A stretch of DNA of 64,000 bases from an uncultured Bacillota bacterium (GTDB taxonomy: Bacteria > Sysuimicrobiota > Sysuimicrobiia > Sysuimicrobiales > Segetimicrobiaceae): assembly GCA_963787105.1 (NCBI GenBank), contig CAWBBU010000010.1, positions 4,017-68,016 on the forward strand, given 5' to 3'. Of the stretch, positions 48,361-59,226 are shown piece after piece. Position 1 is the first letter of the stretch. The number at the start of each line of letters is the position of its first letter. The translations under genes were made by a program, and so were the position numbers. The notes beneath the pieces were generated by a model. It saw only the letters and a program-made list of their open reading frames with translations. It had not been told where the DNA came from and made no database searches.

Positions 48361-48921
48361 TCAGCCGGTCCGCGTCCAGACGATGTCCGCGCGCCCCGCG
48401 GCGTGATTGGCCGCGCGGGCGAGCACGAACAAGAGATCTGAGAGACGGTTGACGAAGCGGAGGAGTTCCGGGTTGAGCGCCTCGCGCGCGCCGAGCGTCA
48501 CGATCTCCCGCTCGGCGCGCCGTGACACCGTCCGGGCCAGATGGAGGGCCGCCGCCGCCGCGGTCCCGCCCGGAAGAATGAACGTCCGGAGCGGCGGCAG
48601 GGCGTCCTCGAACCGATCGATGTCGCGCTCGAGCGCCTCGACCCACGCCGCCGCCACGCGCGGTGCGTGGGCCGAGGCGCCGGACGACGCCGCGGGCGGC
48701 GTGGCGAGCTCCGCGCCGAGGTCGAACAGATGGTGCTGCAGCCGCTCCAGCACCGCGTCGATGTCCGAATCCGGACCGGCGGCGCGCGCCACCCCCAACA
48801 CGGCGTTCGTTTCGTCGATCGTGCCGTACGCCCGCACGCGCAGGTCATCCTTCGAGACGCGCTCGCCGCCGAAGAGGCCCGTCTCTCCGGCGTCGCCCGT
48901 CCGCGTGTAGATCCGCGTCAT
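48361..48921 (-). CDS. cob(I)yrinic acid a,c-diamide adenosyltransferase, PduO type
   Basis: MTRIYTRTGDAGETGLFGGERVSKDDLRVRAYGTIDETNA..., LPGG and RLSDLLFVLAR. Confidence 0.88.
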   Translation of the reverse strand: MTRIYTRTGDAGETGLFGGERVSKDDLRVRAYGTIDETNAVLGVARAAGPDSDIDAVLERLQHHLFDLGAELATPPAASSGASAHAPRVAAAWVEALERDIDRFEDALPPLRTFILPGGTAAAAALHLARTVSRRAEREIVTLGAREALNPELLRFVNRLSDLLFVLARAANHAAGRADIVWTRTG

Positions 48922-48933
48922 GAACGGAATCCG

Positions 48934-50995
48934 CTATGCATCCGCGGCGACGCTTTCGACCCGAGTCTTCGACTTCGCCGCGCCCGCGCTGTCGGCGGCC
49001 AGGTAGGTCCGGAACCACGCCAGGATGTGCCGCAGCTGCTCGATGCGGTGCTTGGGCTTGCCCGTGCTCGACATGTCGTGGCTCTCGCCGGGAAACCGTA
49101 CGAACACCGTCGGCATGCCCTGCTTCTCCAGCGCGACGAAGAGCTGCTCGGACTGCGAGATCGGGCAGCGTAGGTCGTTCTCGCCGTGCGCGAGGAGGAG
49201 CGGCGTCCGCATCTGCGCCACGTAGGTGATCGGCGAGCGCTCCCGATAGAAGTCGGCCGCCGTCCAGGGATCGCCCGGGAAACTCCCAGCGCCCGTTTTG
49301 CACGCCATGTCGGAGGTGCCCCACTGGCTGTAGCGGTCGCAGGTGCTGCGCAGCGCGACCGCCGCGCGAAACCGCTGGGTGTGGCCGATCATCCAGTTGA
49401 CCATGTAGCCGCCGTAGCTGCCGCCCGCGACGCCGAGCCGGTCGGGGTCGATCCAGCTGTTCGCGCCCAGCGCGTGATCGAGCGCGAGCATGAGATCCTC
49501 GTAGTCCTTCCCGCCCCAGTCGTGGTGGGTCGCCGCGGTAAACGCCTGCGTGTAGCCGTGGCTGCCGCGCGGGTTTGAGTAGATCACGCCGTAGCCGGCG
49601 GCGCACAGCAGCTGGAACTGGTGCATGAATCCGTTGCCGTAGGTGCTGTGCGGGCCCCCGTGGATCTCGAGCACCGCCGGCACGCGCGCGCCCGCCGCGA
49701 TCCCCGCGGGCTTCATCACCCAGCCCTCGATCGGCCAGCCGTCGGCGCCGCGGCACTCGAAGCGCTCGGGCCGGCGAGGGCGAGGCCCTCGGCGAGCGGG
49801 CGCGTTGTACCGCGTGAGACGCCGAGCGGTCCCGTTGCCTCCGAGCTCGGCGACCGCGACCTCGCCCGGGGGCACCGGATCGCTCTCGACGCAGGCGACG
49901 CGGCGCGCCGCGCGGTCGATCGAGCACCCGACCAGCTCGTGCTCGCCGCGGGTCTCGAGGCGCACGGCCCGCCGTCCGCGGTCGAGACGAGACGACCTCG
50001 GTGTTCCCGCCGTCGGTGACGAGGAAATAGATCCGCGCCGCCGCCGGGCGCCCACGTGAGCCCCCCGGACGCCGGTGTTGGGCGGATGTCGCCGCTCAGG
50101 TGATGGCCGATGCTGCGCTCGGTCTCGGCCGTGAGGCACGCCGGCGTCGCCGCCCGCCGCCGGCACGAGCCACAGCCGAAGATGTGTCGCGCCGCCAACA
50201 GGCGTTGTCGTGCCCGAGGTACGCGATCGTGGCTGCCATCCGGCGACCAGGCCGGCTGCTGCACCGGCCCGCGGCCGTCGCGTCACGCGGCGCGCGGTTC
50301 CCGCCGTCGGCCGGCACGACCCAGACGTCGCTCACGCCGGTCAGGTCCGCGTCCGGCTCCGGGTTTCCGGTGTAGGCGAGGGACTGCCCGTCGGGCGACC
50401 ACGCCGGACCGACGTGATCGTGCTCGCCCCGCGTCACCTGGCGGGGGGCGCCGCCGTCCGCGGCGACGACGAAGATCTGCTTCCACCGGCCGTCCCAGAA
50501 GCCCTCGCCGTCCTGCTTGTAGCGCAGCCGCGTGATCACCCGGACGTCGACTGTCCTCACGCGCACCGGCTCGGGCTGCGGCTTGCCGACGAACGCGATC
50601 GACCGGCCGTCGGGGGACCACACGAGGATCCGCCGGCGCCAGCTTCCCGGACGTCAGCGCGCGCGCCTCGCCGCCCGCGGCCGCGAATCACCCACAGCTG
50701 CTTGGCCCCGCCGCGGTCGGACACAAACACGAGGCGCGCGCCGTCCGGAGACCAGCGCGGGCCGGTCTCCCGGGCGCGGGCCGTGGTCAATTGACGCGGT
50801 CTCACCGCCCCGCGTGGGCACGAGCCAGAGGTGCGAGCGGTAGACGTTCGCGTCCCGGTCCACCACGGTCAGCGTGTAGGCGATCTGCGAGCCATCAGGC
50901 GACATCTGCGGGTCGCCGGCGACCGGGAGCGCGAGCAGATCCTCGCCTGTGATCGGCCGGCGGCCGGTCTCCGTCTCTTTGTGCGCCACGAGCAT
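48934..50995 (-). pseudogene. second S9 family peptidase, at least three frameshifts
   Basis: The pieces 50654..50995 (DPQMSPDGSQIAYTL), 50557..50805 (WSPDGARLVFVSDRGG), 50096..50623 (WSPDGRSIAFVG, WSPDGQSLAY) and 48934..50286 (catalytic GGSYGGYMVNW, LLAHGENDLRCP) read as one propeller plus hydrolase protein. Confidence 0.75.
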
Positions 50996-51157
50996 CCCTC
51001 CAAAGTCCGCCGCGAACGTACGGCCGCGACTAGACGGCGTCTTGAGCGTTCAGTTTCGGCGATTCCAAAAGGGCTCCCTCCTGTCCGGCGCCGCCTCCCA
51101 GCAATCGGCCCGAGGTCAACGAACGATGCCGTCTGACGGCCCTCGCGCGCTCGAGGT

Positions 51158-51290
51158 CGGCACGGGTGGCACAGGATCCGCGCCCAGGAGTACAGTGGTG
51201 GTGGATGCGCCGATCGCGACCGTCCTCTTCGGAGTGGGCCGCACGTCGCGACCGTGCCTGTGTCGCGGCGGATCCGCCGCACCCGTGCCG
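51158..51290. repeat. long interrupted inverted repeat in the divergent intergenic region
   Basis: CGGCACGGGTG (51158-51168) pairs with CACCCGTGCCG (51280-51290), 11 bp. GGATCCGC (51174-51181) pairs with GCGGATCC (51268-51275), 8 bp. They enclose about 86 nt that include a CUC-UUCG-GAG hairpin and a direct repeat GCGACCGT. Confidence 0.6.
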
Positions 51291-51361
51291 CCGACAGGCG
51301 CGGCTCGACATCATCACGCCCGCCGCGGCGATCGGCGGCGATCACGTCATCGGAGGGCACC

Positions 51362-53025
51362 ATGTCGTCTCAGCCGCTGCCCGGCGAATTTGACGCACGG
51401 ACGCACACGTACCCGGTCCTGACCGAGGAGCAGATCAGTCGCATTCGTCCCCTCGCGAAACTCCGGCGCGTCGCGAAGGACGAGACGCTGTTCGACGTCG
51501 GAGACACGAACGTCCCCTTCTTCGTCGTGCTGTCCGGCGGCGTGGCGGTCGTACAGCCGGACCTCTTGGGCGAGCGCACGGTCACGACGTACGGCCCGGG
51601 CCAGTTTACGGGCGAGATGACGATCATCTCCGGGCACGGGGCGCTGGCGCGCGGGCGCGTCACCGGAACCCGGTGAGCTGCTCGAACTCTGCGGCGACGA
51701 CCTACGGTCACTCGTCGCCACGGACGCGCAGTTGGGCGAGATTTTGATGCGCGCCTTTATCCTGCGCCGCCAGATGCTCATCAGCAGCGGGCAGGGCAAC
51801 GTCATTCTGCTCGGATCGCGCCACTCGGCCAACACGCTGCGTCTCCGCGAATTCCTGACCCGCAACGAACATCCGCACACCTACCTCGATCTCGATACCG
51901 ATGCGAGCGCGCAGGCGTTCCTCGATCGGTTCGAGGTGACCCCGGACCAAATTCCCGTGGTCATCTGCAACGCCCGCTCCGTGCTGCGGAATCCGTCGAT
52001 CCAGGAACTGGCCGACTGCCTGGGTCTCAACCGCACGATGAATGACGCGGAGATCCGCGACCTGATCATCGTGGTGCCGGACCCGCGGGCCTGGCCGCGG
52101 CCGTGTACGCCGCATCGGAAGGCCTGAATGTGCTGGTGATTGAAGCGGCCGCTCCCGGAGGGCAGGCGGGATCGAGCTCCAAGATCGAGAACTATCTCGG
52201 GTTTCCCACCGGTGTCTCCGGACTGGAATTGGCGGACCGCGCAATCGCGCAGGCGGAGAAGTTTGGAGCGAATTGTGGTCGCCCATCGCGGCCGCGCGGC
52301 TGGACTGCGGACGATATCCCTACGCGATCGTCCTGGACAACGGCACCAGCCTCCCGACCCGGGCCGTCGTCATCGCGACCGGGGCCCAGTACAACAAGCC
52401 GAGCATCCCGGGGCTGGAGCAGTTCGACGACCGGGGCATCTACTACGCGGCGACGCACATGGAGTCGCAGCTGTGCGGGCAGGAGGAGGTCATCGTCATC
52501 GGCGGAGCAAACTCCGCCGGGCAAGCGGCGGTATTCCTCTCAGAGACGGCGCGCCGGGTCCATATCCTCGTGCGGTCGGGCAGTTGAAGGACACGATGTC
52601 GCGCTATCTGGTGCAGCGCATCGAAAAGAACCCCGCCATCGAACTGCATTACCACACGGAGCTGGTCGGCCTCGCGGGCGACGCGCAGCTCGAGCGCGTC
52701 ACCTGGCGGGACAAATCGACCGGGGAGACGTCCGAGCGACCCATTCGCCACGTGTTCATTATGGCGGGCGCGTCGCCGCGCACCGAGTGGCTGCGCGGCT
52801 GCGTCGCCCTCGATGACAAGGGATTTATCCTCACGGGACGCGACCTCGATCCCCGCGACCGGGACCCCGGCGCCGGGCCGTCCGGTGCAAATGCTGGAGA
52901 CCAGTCGTCCGCGGGTGTTCGCGGTGGGCGATGTTCGCGCCGGAAGTGTGAAGCGCGTGGCGTCGGCGGTGGGCGAAGGCGCGATCGTGATCTCTCTCGT
53001 GCATCGCGCCTTGGCGGAGGCGTAA
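51362..53025 (+). pseudogene. cyclic-nucleotide-binding domain / thioredoxin-disulfide-reductase-like FAD oxidoreductase fusion, at least five frameshifts
   Basis: cNMP domain (LFDVGDTNVPFFVVLSGGVAVV...GPGQFTGEM), then a linker, then TrxR-like blocks spread over three frames: [88 protein letters not shown]. Confidence 0.7.
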
Positions 53026-53077
53026 CGCCGAGGCGTCGCCGGCCACGCCGCACGCGATCGGCAGCGACCGGTCTCCC

Positions 53078-53812
53078 CTACCGGCCGTGCTGCAGGCGGT
53101 CGGCGAGATCCTCGGGCAGTCCCGCCGCCCGCATTTTCGCCTGCGTGAACGCCACCGAATAGGCGACGCGCACCAGGGTCACCGTCTCCGGCTGGGTGTC
53201 AAAGAGCGCGTACGCCGCGCGCGGATCGCCGTCCCTCGGCTGGCCGACGCTGCCGACGTTGATGATGTAGCGCGCATCCGGGCGCAGCGGCACGGGCGCG
53301 CCCGCGAGCAGTCCGGCCGCGGCGACACGGCCGTCGCGCTCCAGCACGTAGACGCCGGGGACGTGCGTGTGCCCCACGAAGCACCGCACGAACGGGTCGG
53401 CGGCGAAGTTCGCGAGCGCGGTCGGCAGATCGAAGATGTACTCCGAGACCGGATCGCGCGGGCTGCCGTGGACGGCGAGAAAGCCGCGTGGGCATGCGCG
53501 CGGCGGGAGCGCCGCAAGCCACGCCCGCGCATCCGGGGTCAGGACATGCTGCGTCCATTCGATCGCCGCGCGCGCGAGCGGGGTGAACGTCTCCAGATCC
53601 ACATCCCCAACGGCGGCGCGGTCGTGATTCCCCGCGACCGTCTCGGCTCCGAGCGCGCGCACGCGCGCCACGCATTCATTGGGATCGGGTCCGTAGCCGA
53701 CGACGTCGCCGAGGCACAGATACGCATCGGGCCGGCGCCCCTCGGCGTCGGCGAGGACGGCATCGAGCGCCGTGAGATTCGCGTGCACGTCGGAGAAGAT
53801 GGCGTACCGCAT
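53078..53812 (-). CDS. metallophosphoesterase family protein (YfcE/MJ0936-like)
   Basis: MRYAIFSDVHANLTALDAVL, LCLGDVVGYGPDP, GNHD, GHTH and NVGSVGQPRDGD. Confidence 0.85.
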   Translation of the reverse strand: MRYAIFSDVHANLTALDAVLADAEGRRPDAYLCLGDVVGYGPDPNECVARVRALGAETVAGNHDRAAVGDVDLETFTPLARAAIEWTQHVLTPDARAWLAALPPRACPRGFLAVHGSPRDPVSEYIFDLPTALANFAADPFVRCFVGHTHVPGVYVLERDGRVAAAGLLAGAPVPLRPDARYIINVGSVGQPRDGDPRAAYALFDTQPETVTLVRVAYSVAFTQAKMRAAGLPEDLADRLQHGR

Positions 53813-53878
53813 CAGCGCGCGGCTCCGGCGTCCCACGCCGCGGGCCTCGCGCGCCGGAGGAGGCTCACCTGCGCGGAC

Positions 53879-54547
53879 TCAGCGGCGGCGCCGCGCAAGC
53901 TCGTCGAACACCGCGGCGGGCTCGATCCCCTGGTACACGAGGAGCGCCAGGCTGTGGAACCACAGGTCGGCCGTCTCCTCGACGAGCCGGTCCGGCGTCT
54001 CCTTGCGCGCCGCCCGCGACACCTCGGCGGCCTCTTCCATGACTTTTTCGTTGAGGCGGGCCAGGCCCTCGGCAAACAACTCGGAGACATACGAGCCCGT
54101 CCGGGGCGTCCGCCGACGGTCGGCCAGGACCGCGGCCACCTCGAGCAGGACCGCGGGCCCCGCGTCAGGCGGTCCGGGCGCGGCGCGGGGGACCGGCGCC
54201 TCGCCGACGCGAACCGACGTCCCCTCGATCGTGACGCTTCTATAGAAGCACGTCGGATGGCCGGTGTGGCAGGCCGGCCCCGTCTGGTCGACCGTCAGGA
54301 CGAGCGCGTCGCCGTCGCAGTCCATCCGCACGCTCCGGACGCGCTGGGTGTGGCCGGATTCCTCGCCCTTCCGCCAGAGCCGGCCCCGGCTGCGGCTCCA
54401 GTACCACGCCTGCCCCGTCGCCAGCGTCCGCTCGAGCGCCTCCCGGTTCATGTGCGCCACCATCAGCACGGCGCCGGTCGACGCGTCCTGCGCGACCGCC
54501 GTGACCAGCCCCGAGGCGTCGAACGTCACGGTCTCGGCTGTACTCAT
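53879..54547 (-). CDS. hisI: bifunctional phosphoribosyl-AMP cyclohydrolase / phosphoribosyl-ATP diphosphatase
   Basis: The start MSTAETV overlaps the hisF stop (ATGA). [38 protein letters not shown] and CDGDALVL, followed by the HisE part SYVSELF...KVMEEAAE...EETADLWFH. Confidence 0.9.
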   Translation of the reverse strand: MSTAETVTFDASGLVTAVAQDASTGAVLMVAHMNREALERTLATGQAWYWSRSRGRLWRKGEESGHTQRVRSVRMDCDGDALVLTVDQTGPACHTGHPTCFYRSVTIEGTSVRVGEAPVPRAAPGPPDAGPAVLLEVAAVLADRRRTPRTGSYVSELFAEGLARLNEKVMEEAAEVSRAARKETPDRLVEETADLWFHSLALLVYQGIEPAAVFDELARRRR

Positions 54548-55320
54548 CGCCCCGCTCCCTCCACCGGGCGCACGGGGACCCCGTGGGCCGCTATGAATTC
54601 TTTTACCGCGGCGATGCGGTACGTCCCGAAGTGGAAGATCGAGGCCGCCAGCACCGCGTCCGCATCCGCCTGCTGAATCGCATCGAGGAGGTGCTGCGGG
54701 GTGCCGGCGCCGCCGGACGCGATCACCGGCACCCGGACCGCGTCCGTGACCGCGCGGGTCAGCGCGAGATCGTAGCCGTCCGCGCGGCCGTCCTCGTCCA
54801 TGCTGGTCAGCAGCAGCTCGCCCGCCCCGAGCGCGGCCGCCTGCCGCGCCCACGCCACCGCGTCCAGCCCCGTCGGCGTCCGGCCGCCGTGCACGTAGAC
54901 CTCCCAGCGCCCGGCGCCCGCCCGCTTCGCGTCGATCGCCACGACAATGCACTGGCTGCCGAACTGGCGCGCGGCCTCCCGGATCACCTCCGGCCGTTCG
55001 ACCGCGGCCGTGTTGAGCCCCACCTTGTCTGCCCCGGCGAGCAGCATCCGGCGCAGATCGTCGACGGAGCGAAGCCCCCCGCCGACGGTGAACGGAATCG
55101 TCAGCACCTCGGCCGTCCGGCGGACGACATCCTCCATGATCCCCCGACGCTCGTGGCTCGCGGTGATGTCCAGGAACACCAGCTCATCCGCGCCCTCGCG
55201 GTCGTACTGCACCGCGAGCTCGACCGGATCGCCGGCGTCGCGGAGGTTCACGAAGCGGATGCCCTTCACGACACGGCCGTCGGCGACGTCGAGGCACGGG
55301 ATCACGCGGCGCGCCAGCAT
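54544..55320 (-). CDS. hisF: imidazole glycerol phosphate synthase cyclase subunit
   Basis: [20 protein letters not shown]..., [17 protein letters not shown] and IASGGAG. Confidence 0.95.
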   Translation of the reverse strand: MLARRVIPCLDVADGRVVKGIRFVNLRDAGDPVELAVQYDREGADELVFLDITASHERRGIMEDVVRRTAEVLTIPFTVGGGLRSVDDLRRMLLAGADKVGLNTAAVERPEVIREAARQFGSQCIVVAIDAKRAGAGRWEVYVHGGRTPTGLDAVAWARQAAALGAGELLLTSMDEDGRADGYDLALTRAVTDAVRVPVIASGGAGTPQHLLDAIQQADADAVLAASIFHFGTYRIAAVKEFIAAHGVPVRPVEGAGR

Positions 55321-55323
55321 CGG

Positions 55324-56046
55324 TCAGGCCGCCGCCTCGAGCAGGTCCTCGAGCGTCACGCGCGCCTCGTACAGCGCGCGTCCCACGATGACCCCTTCGA
55401 GCCCCGCGGAGGCGAGCGCCCGCAGGCGGCGCACGTCGTCGGCCGATGCCACGCCGCCGGACGCGATCACGGGCACGGACGCGACCGCGAGCATCGCCTC
55501 GAACGCGGCGAGATTGGGGCCGCCGAGCATGCCGTCCCGGCTCGTGTCCGTGTAGATGATGCGGCGCGCGCCGCTCGCGACGACCCGCGACGCCGCCGAG
55601 AGCGCCGGCTCCCCGGTCGACGTCACCCAGCCCTCCGTCACGACCGCGCCGCCGCGCGCGTCGATCCCGACCGCCACGCGGTCGCCGAACTCGCGACACG
55701 CGTCGCGCAGCACGTCGGGGGCCGAGGCCGCCGCGGTGCCCAAGATCACCCGCGCGGCACCGGCCTCGAGATAGCGCCGCATCGTCTCAAGGTCGCGGAT
55801 GCCGCCCCCGACCTCGACCGGCACGCGCAGCGCCGCGATCATCCGCGTGATCACCGCGTCGTTGCGCGGCCGGCCGTCGAACGCGCCGTCCAAGTCGACG
55901 ACGTGCACCCACGCGGCGCCGGCCTCCTGCCACCGCATCGCGGCCGCGACCGGATCGTCGCCATACACGCGCTCCTGGTCGCGAACGCCCTGGACGAGGC
56001 GCACGCACCGGCCGCCGCGGATGTCAACGGCGGGGAGTACCAGCAC
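55324..56046 (-). CDS. hisA: 1-(5-phosphoribosyl)-5-[(5-phosphoribosylamino)methylideneamino]imidazole-4-carboxamide isomerase
   Basis: [20 protein letters not shown]..., [16 protein letters not shown] and IASGGV. Confidence 0.93.
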   Translation of the reverse strand: MLVLPAVDIRGGRCVRLVQGVRDQERVYGDDPVAAAMRWQEAGAAWVHVVDLDGAFDGRPRNDAVITRMIAALRVPVEVGGGIRDLETMRRYLEAGAARVILGTAAASAPDVLRDACREFGDRVAVGIDARGGAVVTEGWVTSTGEPALSAASRVVASGARRIIYTDTSRDGMLGGPNLAAFEAMLAVASVPVIASGGVASADDVRRLRALASAGLEGVIVGRALYEARVTLEDLLEAAA

Positions 56047-56651
56047 CGACGGCCCACCTCGCGAAGCTCTCGATCATCCGCACGCCGACCGCGCCCGACT
56101 TCTCCGGATGGAACTGCGTCGCCCACACGTTGCCGCGGCCGACGACCGCGGCGAGCTCGCCCCCGTAGGTCGCCGTCGCCGCGATCACGTCTGCGTCCGC
56201 GACCTCCGCATAATACGAGTGGACGAAGTACACATACGCCCCGGACGCGACCCCGTCGAGGAGCGGCGACGGAGCGCAGCACGCGCAGCTGGTTCCAGCC
56301 CATGTGCGGCACCTTCACGCGGTCCGGCAGGCGCACCACGCGGCCGCGCAGGATGCCGAGGCCGCGGTGCATGCCGTCCTCCTCGCTCTCGTCGAACAGG
56401 AGCTGCATGCCGAGGCAGATCCCCAGGAGCGGACGTCCCGACTGGACAAACGCGCGGATGCGGTCGGCCCACCCGAGCGCCTCCAGGCGCTCGATCGCCG
56501 GGCCGAACGCCCCGTCCCCCGGCACGACGACCGCGGCCGCCGCGTCGAGCGATGCCGGATCGGCCGTCACCCGCGCGTCCACGCCCTGGCGGAGCAGCGC
56601 CTGGCGGATGCTGTGCAGGTTTCCGGCGCCGTAGTCGGTGATCGCGATCAC
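56024..56651 (-). pseudogene. hisH: imidazole glycerol phosphate synthase glutamine amidotransferase subunit, 1-nt frameshift near 56258
   Basis: MIAITDYGAGNLHSIRQAL..., PGDGAFG, GICLGMQLL and VPHMGWNQL, then the adjacent frame PLLDGVASGAYVYFVHSYY...ATQFHPEKSG. Length is 3n+1. Confidence 0.88.
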
Positions 56652-57238
56652 GCGAGCGTCCCCTTGGTCGACGGCACGTCGGTGATCCGCGGGTCGAGCT
56701 CCGTCGCGCGGTCAAGCGCGAGCGCACACGCCTTGAACGCCGCCTCCACGATGTGATGCGCGTTCCGACCGTGGGTCAGCACGACGTGCAGCGTAATGCC
56801 CGCGTGCATGGCGAACGCGCGGAAAAACTCCTCCGTGAGGTCGGTGTCGAACGCCCCGAGGCGCTGCCGGGGCACCGGCACCGCGTAATGGAGGAACGGC
56901 CGTCCGCTCACGTCCACCACCGCGAGCACCAGCGCCTCATCGAGCGGCGCGTATGCGGACGCGTAGCGCCGGATACCGGCGCCATCGCCCAGCGCCTCGC
57001 GCAGCGCGCGGCCGAGCGCGATGCCGACGTCCTCCACCGTGTGGTGGGCGTCGATGGCGAGGTCGCCGGTCGCCGCGACCGACACGTCGAACCGGCCGTG
57101 GCGCGCGATCTGGGCCAGCATGTGGTCGAAGAACGCGACGCCGGTCGCGATGTCACACCGGCCCGTGCCGTCGATTGCCCACGCCGCCTCGACGCGCGTC
57201 TCCCCCGTGGCCCGCTGCGCGCGGCCCTGGCGGCTCAT
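56648..57238 (-). CDS. hisB: imidazoleglycerol-phosphate dehydratase
   Basis: RATGETRVE..., GVAFFDHML, DAHHTVEDVGIALG and NAHHIVEAAFKA. Confidence 0.95.
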   Translation of the reverse strand: MSRQGRAQRATGETRVEAAWAIDGTGRCDIATGVAFFDHMLAQIARHGRFDVSVAATGDLAIDAHHTVEDVGIALGRALREALGDGAGIRRYASAYAPLDEALVLAVVDVSGRPFLHYAVPVPRQRLGAFDTDLTEEFFRAFAMHAGITLHVVLTHGRNAHHIVEAAFKACALALDRATELDPRITDVPSTKGTLA

Positions 57239-58543
57239 CGCTCCTCCCGCGCCGTCACGGCGAGGACGTGCGCCGGGAAATCCTCGTACCGCCCGAGGCG
57301 CTCGACGACCGGACGGGCCGCGGCGAGCCCGCGCGCGTCGAGATACGCGACCGACGTGGCCTTGAGAAAGCTCAGCACCGTCACGCCCGAGCCGACCCGC
57401 GCGGCGCCCCCGGTCGGCAGCGCCGCGGGCACGCCGAGGGCGTAGTTCCCCGCGGAGAATGGCGTGTCTTGACCGACCAGCACTTCGCCGGCGTTGCGGA
57501 TCTGGATGAGCGTCGCAAACGGGTCCCGGGTCGCGATCTGGAGATGTTCAGGCGCGTACAGGTTCACGAACCCGATCGCCTCCTCAATCGTCCGCGTGAC
57601 GACGGCCCCCCCGTAGTCGCTCATCGCGGCCTCGGCGAACTCCCGCCGCCAGGCGGGGAGCTGCGCGAGATAGCGCGGCAGCGCCGCCTGCACCTCCTCG
57701 GCGAGCAACGCCGACGGCGTCACGAGGATCGCCGCGGAGTCCTTGCCGTGCTCGGCCTCGTTGATCAGATCGAGCGCGGCGCGGGCCGGATCGGCGCCCT
57801 CGTCGGCGAGAATCATCGACTCGGTCGGACCCAGCACCGCGAGCAGCCGCACGCCGGACGCCTGCGCCGCGATCTGCGCGGCGGTAATGTAGGGGTTGCC
57901 GGGCCCGCCGAGGACTCGGACCGCGGGGAGCGTGGCCGTCCCGAAGACCAGCCCCGCGATGCCCGCAACGCCATTGCACCGAAAGACCTGCGTCAGCCCG
58001 AGCAGCTCCGCCGCCACCAGCAGGGCGGGATCCGCGCTTCCGTCCTTCCGCGGCGGCACCAGCACCGCGATCTCCTCCACCCCGGCGACCACCGCGGGGG
58101 TCGCCATCGTGATCAAGGTCGAGGGAAACGCGCCCTTGCCGCTCGGGATGTAGAGGCCGACGCTCTCCACGGGCGTCCAGCTTAATGCCGACCGTGGTGC
58201 CCGGCGCGAGCTCGTCGAGCGACAGCGCGGGCGGACGCAGCCACTCGCTGTACCGCCGGGCGCGCTCGATGCTCGTCGCGAGCGCCGTCCGGAGGCCGTC
58301 GTCCACCTCGGCGTGCGCCGCCGCGAACTCGTCGGGGCCGACGCGGAGGCGGTCCGCGGTGAGCTCGACCCCGTCGAAGCGCTGCGTGCATTCGACAATC
58401 GCCTGATCGCCGCGGCGCTGGACGTCCTCCATGATGCCGCGCACGTGCGCGACCCGCTCGGGACCGAACACCTCGGCGCCCGACCGGCGCAGCATGCGCC
58501 GCAGACGCTCCGGCGTGATCTCGTGCAGCTTCACCACATCCAT
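57235..58543 (-). pseudogene. hisD: histidinol dehydrogenase, 1-nt frameshift near 58186
   Basis: The N-terminal frame (57584..58543) runs MDVVKL...VECTQRFDGV to PGTTVGIK. It then shifts to SWTPVESVGLYIPSGKGAFPSTL...NEAEHGKDS...YAPEHL...VGQDTPFSAGNY (57235..58398). Length is 3n+1. Confidence 0.88.
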
Positions 58544-58555
58544 GCGCGGCCCCCG

Positions 58556-59212
58556 CTAGACCGACGTCGCGGCGGTGCGCTTCGCGACCGCGGCCCGGAT
58601 GCGCTGGACGACCCCCTGCACCGCGTCCGCGCGGCTGCGCAGGCTCACGCGGTTGACGACGAGCCGCGCGGTTGACCGGAACAGCTCCGCGACCTCGACG
58701 AGATGATTTTCCGCGAGCGTGCGCCCGGTCATCACGAGATCCATGATCCCGTCGGCGAGCCCGACCTGCGGCGCCAGCTCGACGCTGCCGTGCATCGCGA
58801 TGATCTCGACCGGCCGGCCCTGGCTCCAGAAGTATCGTTCCGTCACGTGCGGGTACTTCGTCGCGATGCGCAGCGGGCTCTTGGCCTCCCACCCGTCTGC
58901 GGTTGCGGCGGGAAACGCGACGATGCCGCGGCAGAAGCCGAAGCCGAGATCCACCAGCTCGTAGACATCCTGCGCCTGCTCGAGCAGCGTGTCCTTCCCG
59001 GCGACACCGAGGTCCGCCGCGCCGTACTCGACGTAGGTCAGCAGATCGACGGGCTTGGCGATCAGGCATCGGATCGCGCCGTCGGTGCTCGGCAGGATCA
59101 GCCGCCGCGTCGTGCGCCACTCACCCGGCGCGAAGTACCCCGCGGTCTCCAGGGTCTCGAGCGTGCCTTCCAGCAGGCGGCCGGATGGAATCGCGATCGT
59201 CACTGTCTCCAT
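58556..59212 (-). CDS. hisG: ATP phosphoribosyltransferase, short (HisZ-dependent) form
   Basis: 218 aa. TIAIPSGRLLEG, DLLTYVEYGAADLGVAGKD and IATKYP. There is no C-terminal regulatory domain, consistent with the adjacent hisZ. Confidence 0.92.
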   Translation of the reverse strand: METVTIAIPSGRLLEGTLETLETAGYFAPGEWRTTRRLILPSTDGAIRCLIAKPVDLLTYVEYGAADLGVAGKDTLLEQAQDVYELVDLGFGFCRGIVAFPAATADGWEAKSPLRIATKYPHVTERYFWSQGRPVEIIAMHGSVELAPQVGLADGIMDLVMTGRTLAENHLVEVAELFRSTARLVVNRVSLRSRADAVQGVVQRIRAAVAKRTAATSV

Positions 59213-59226
59213 CGTACGTCCTCCTC

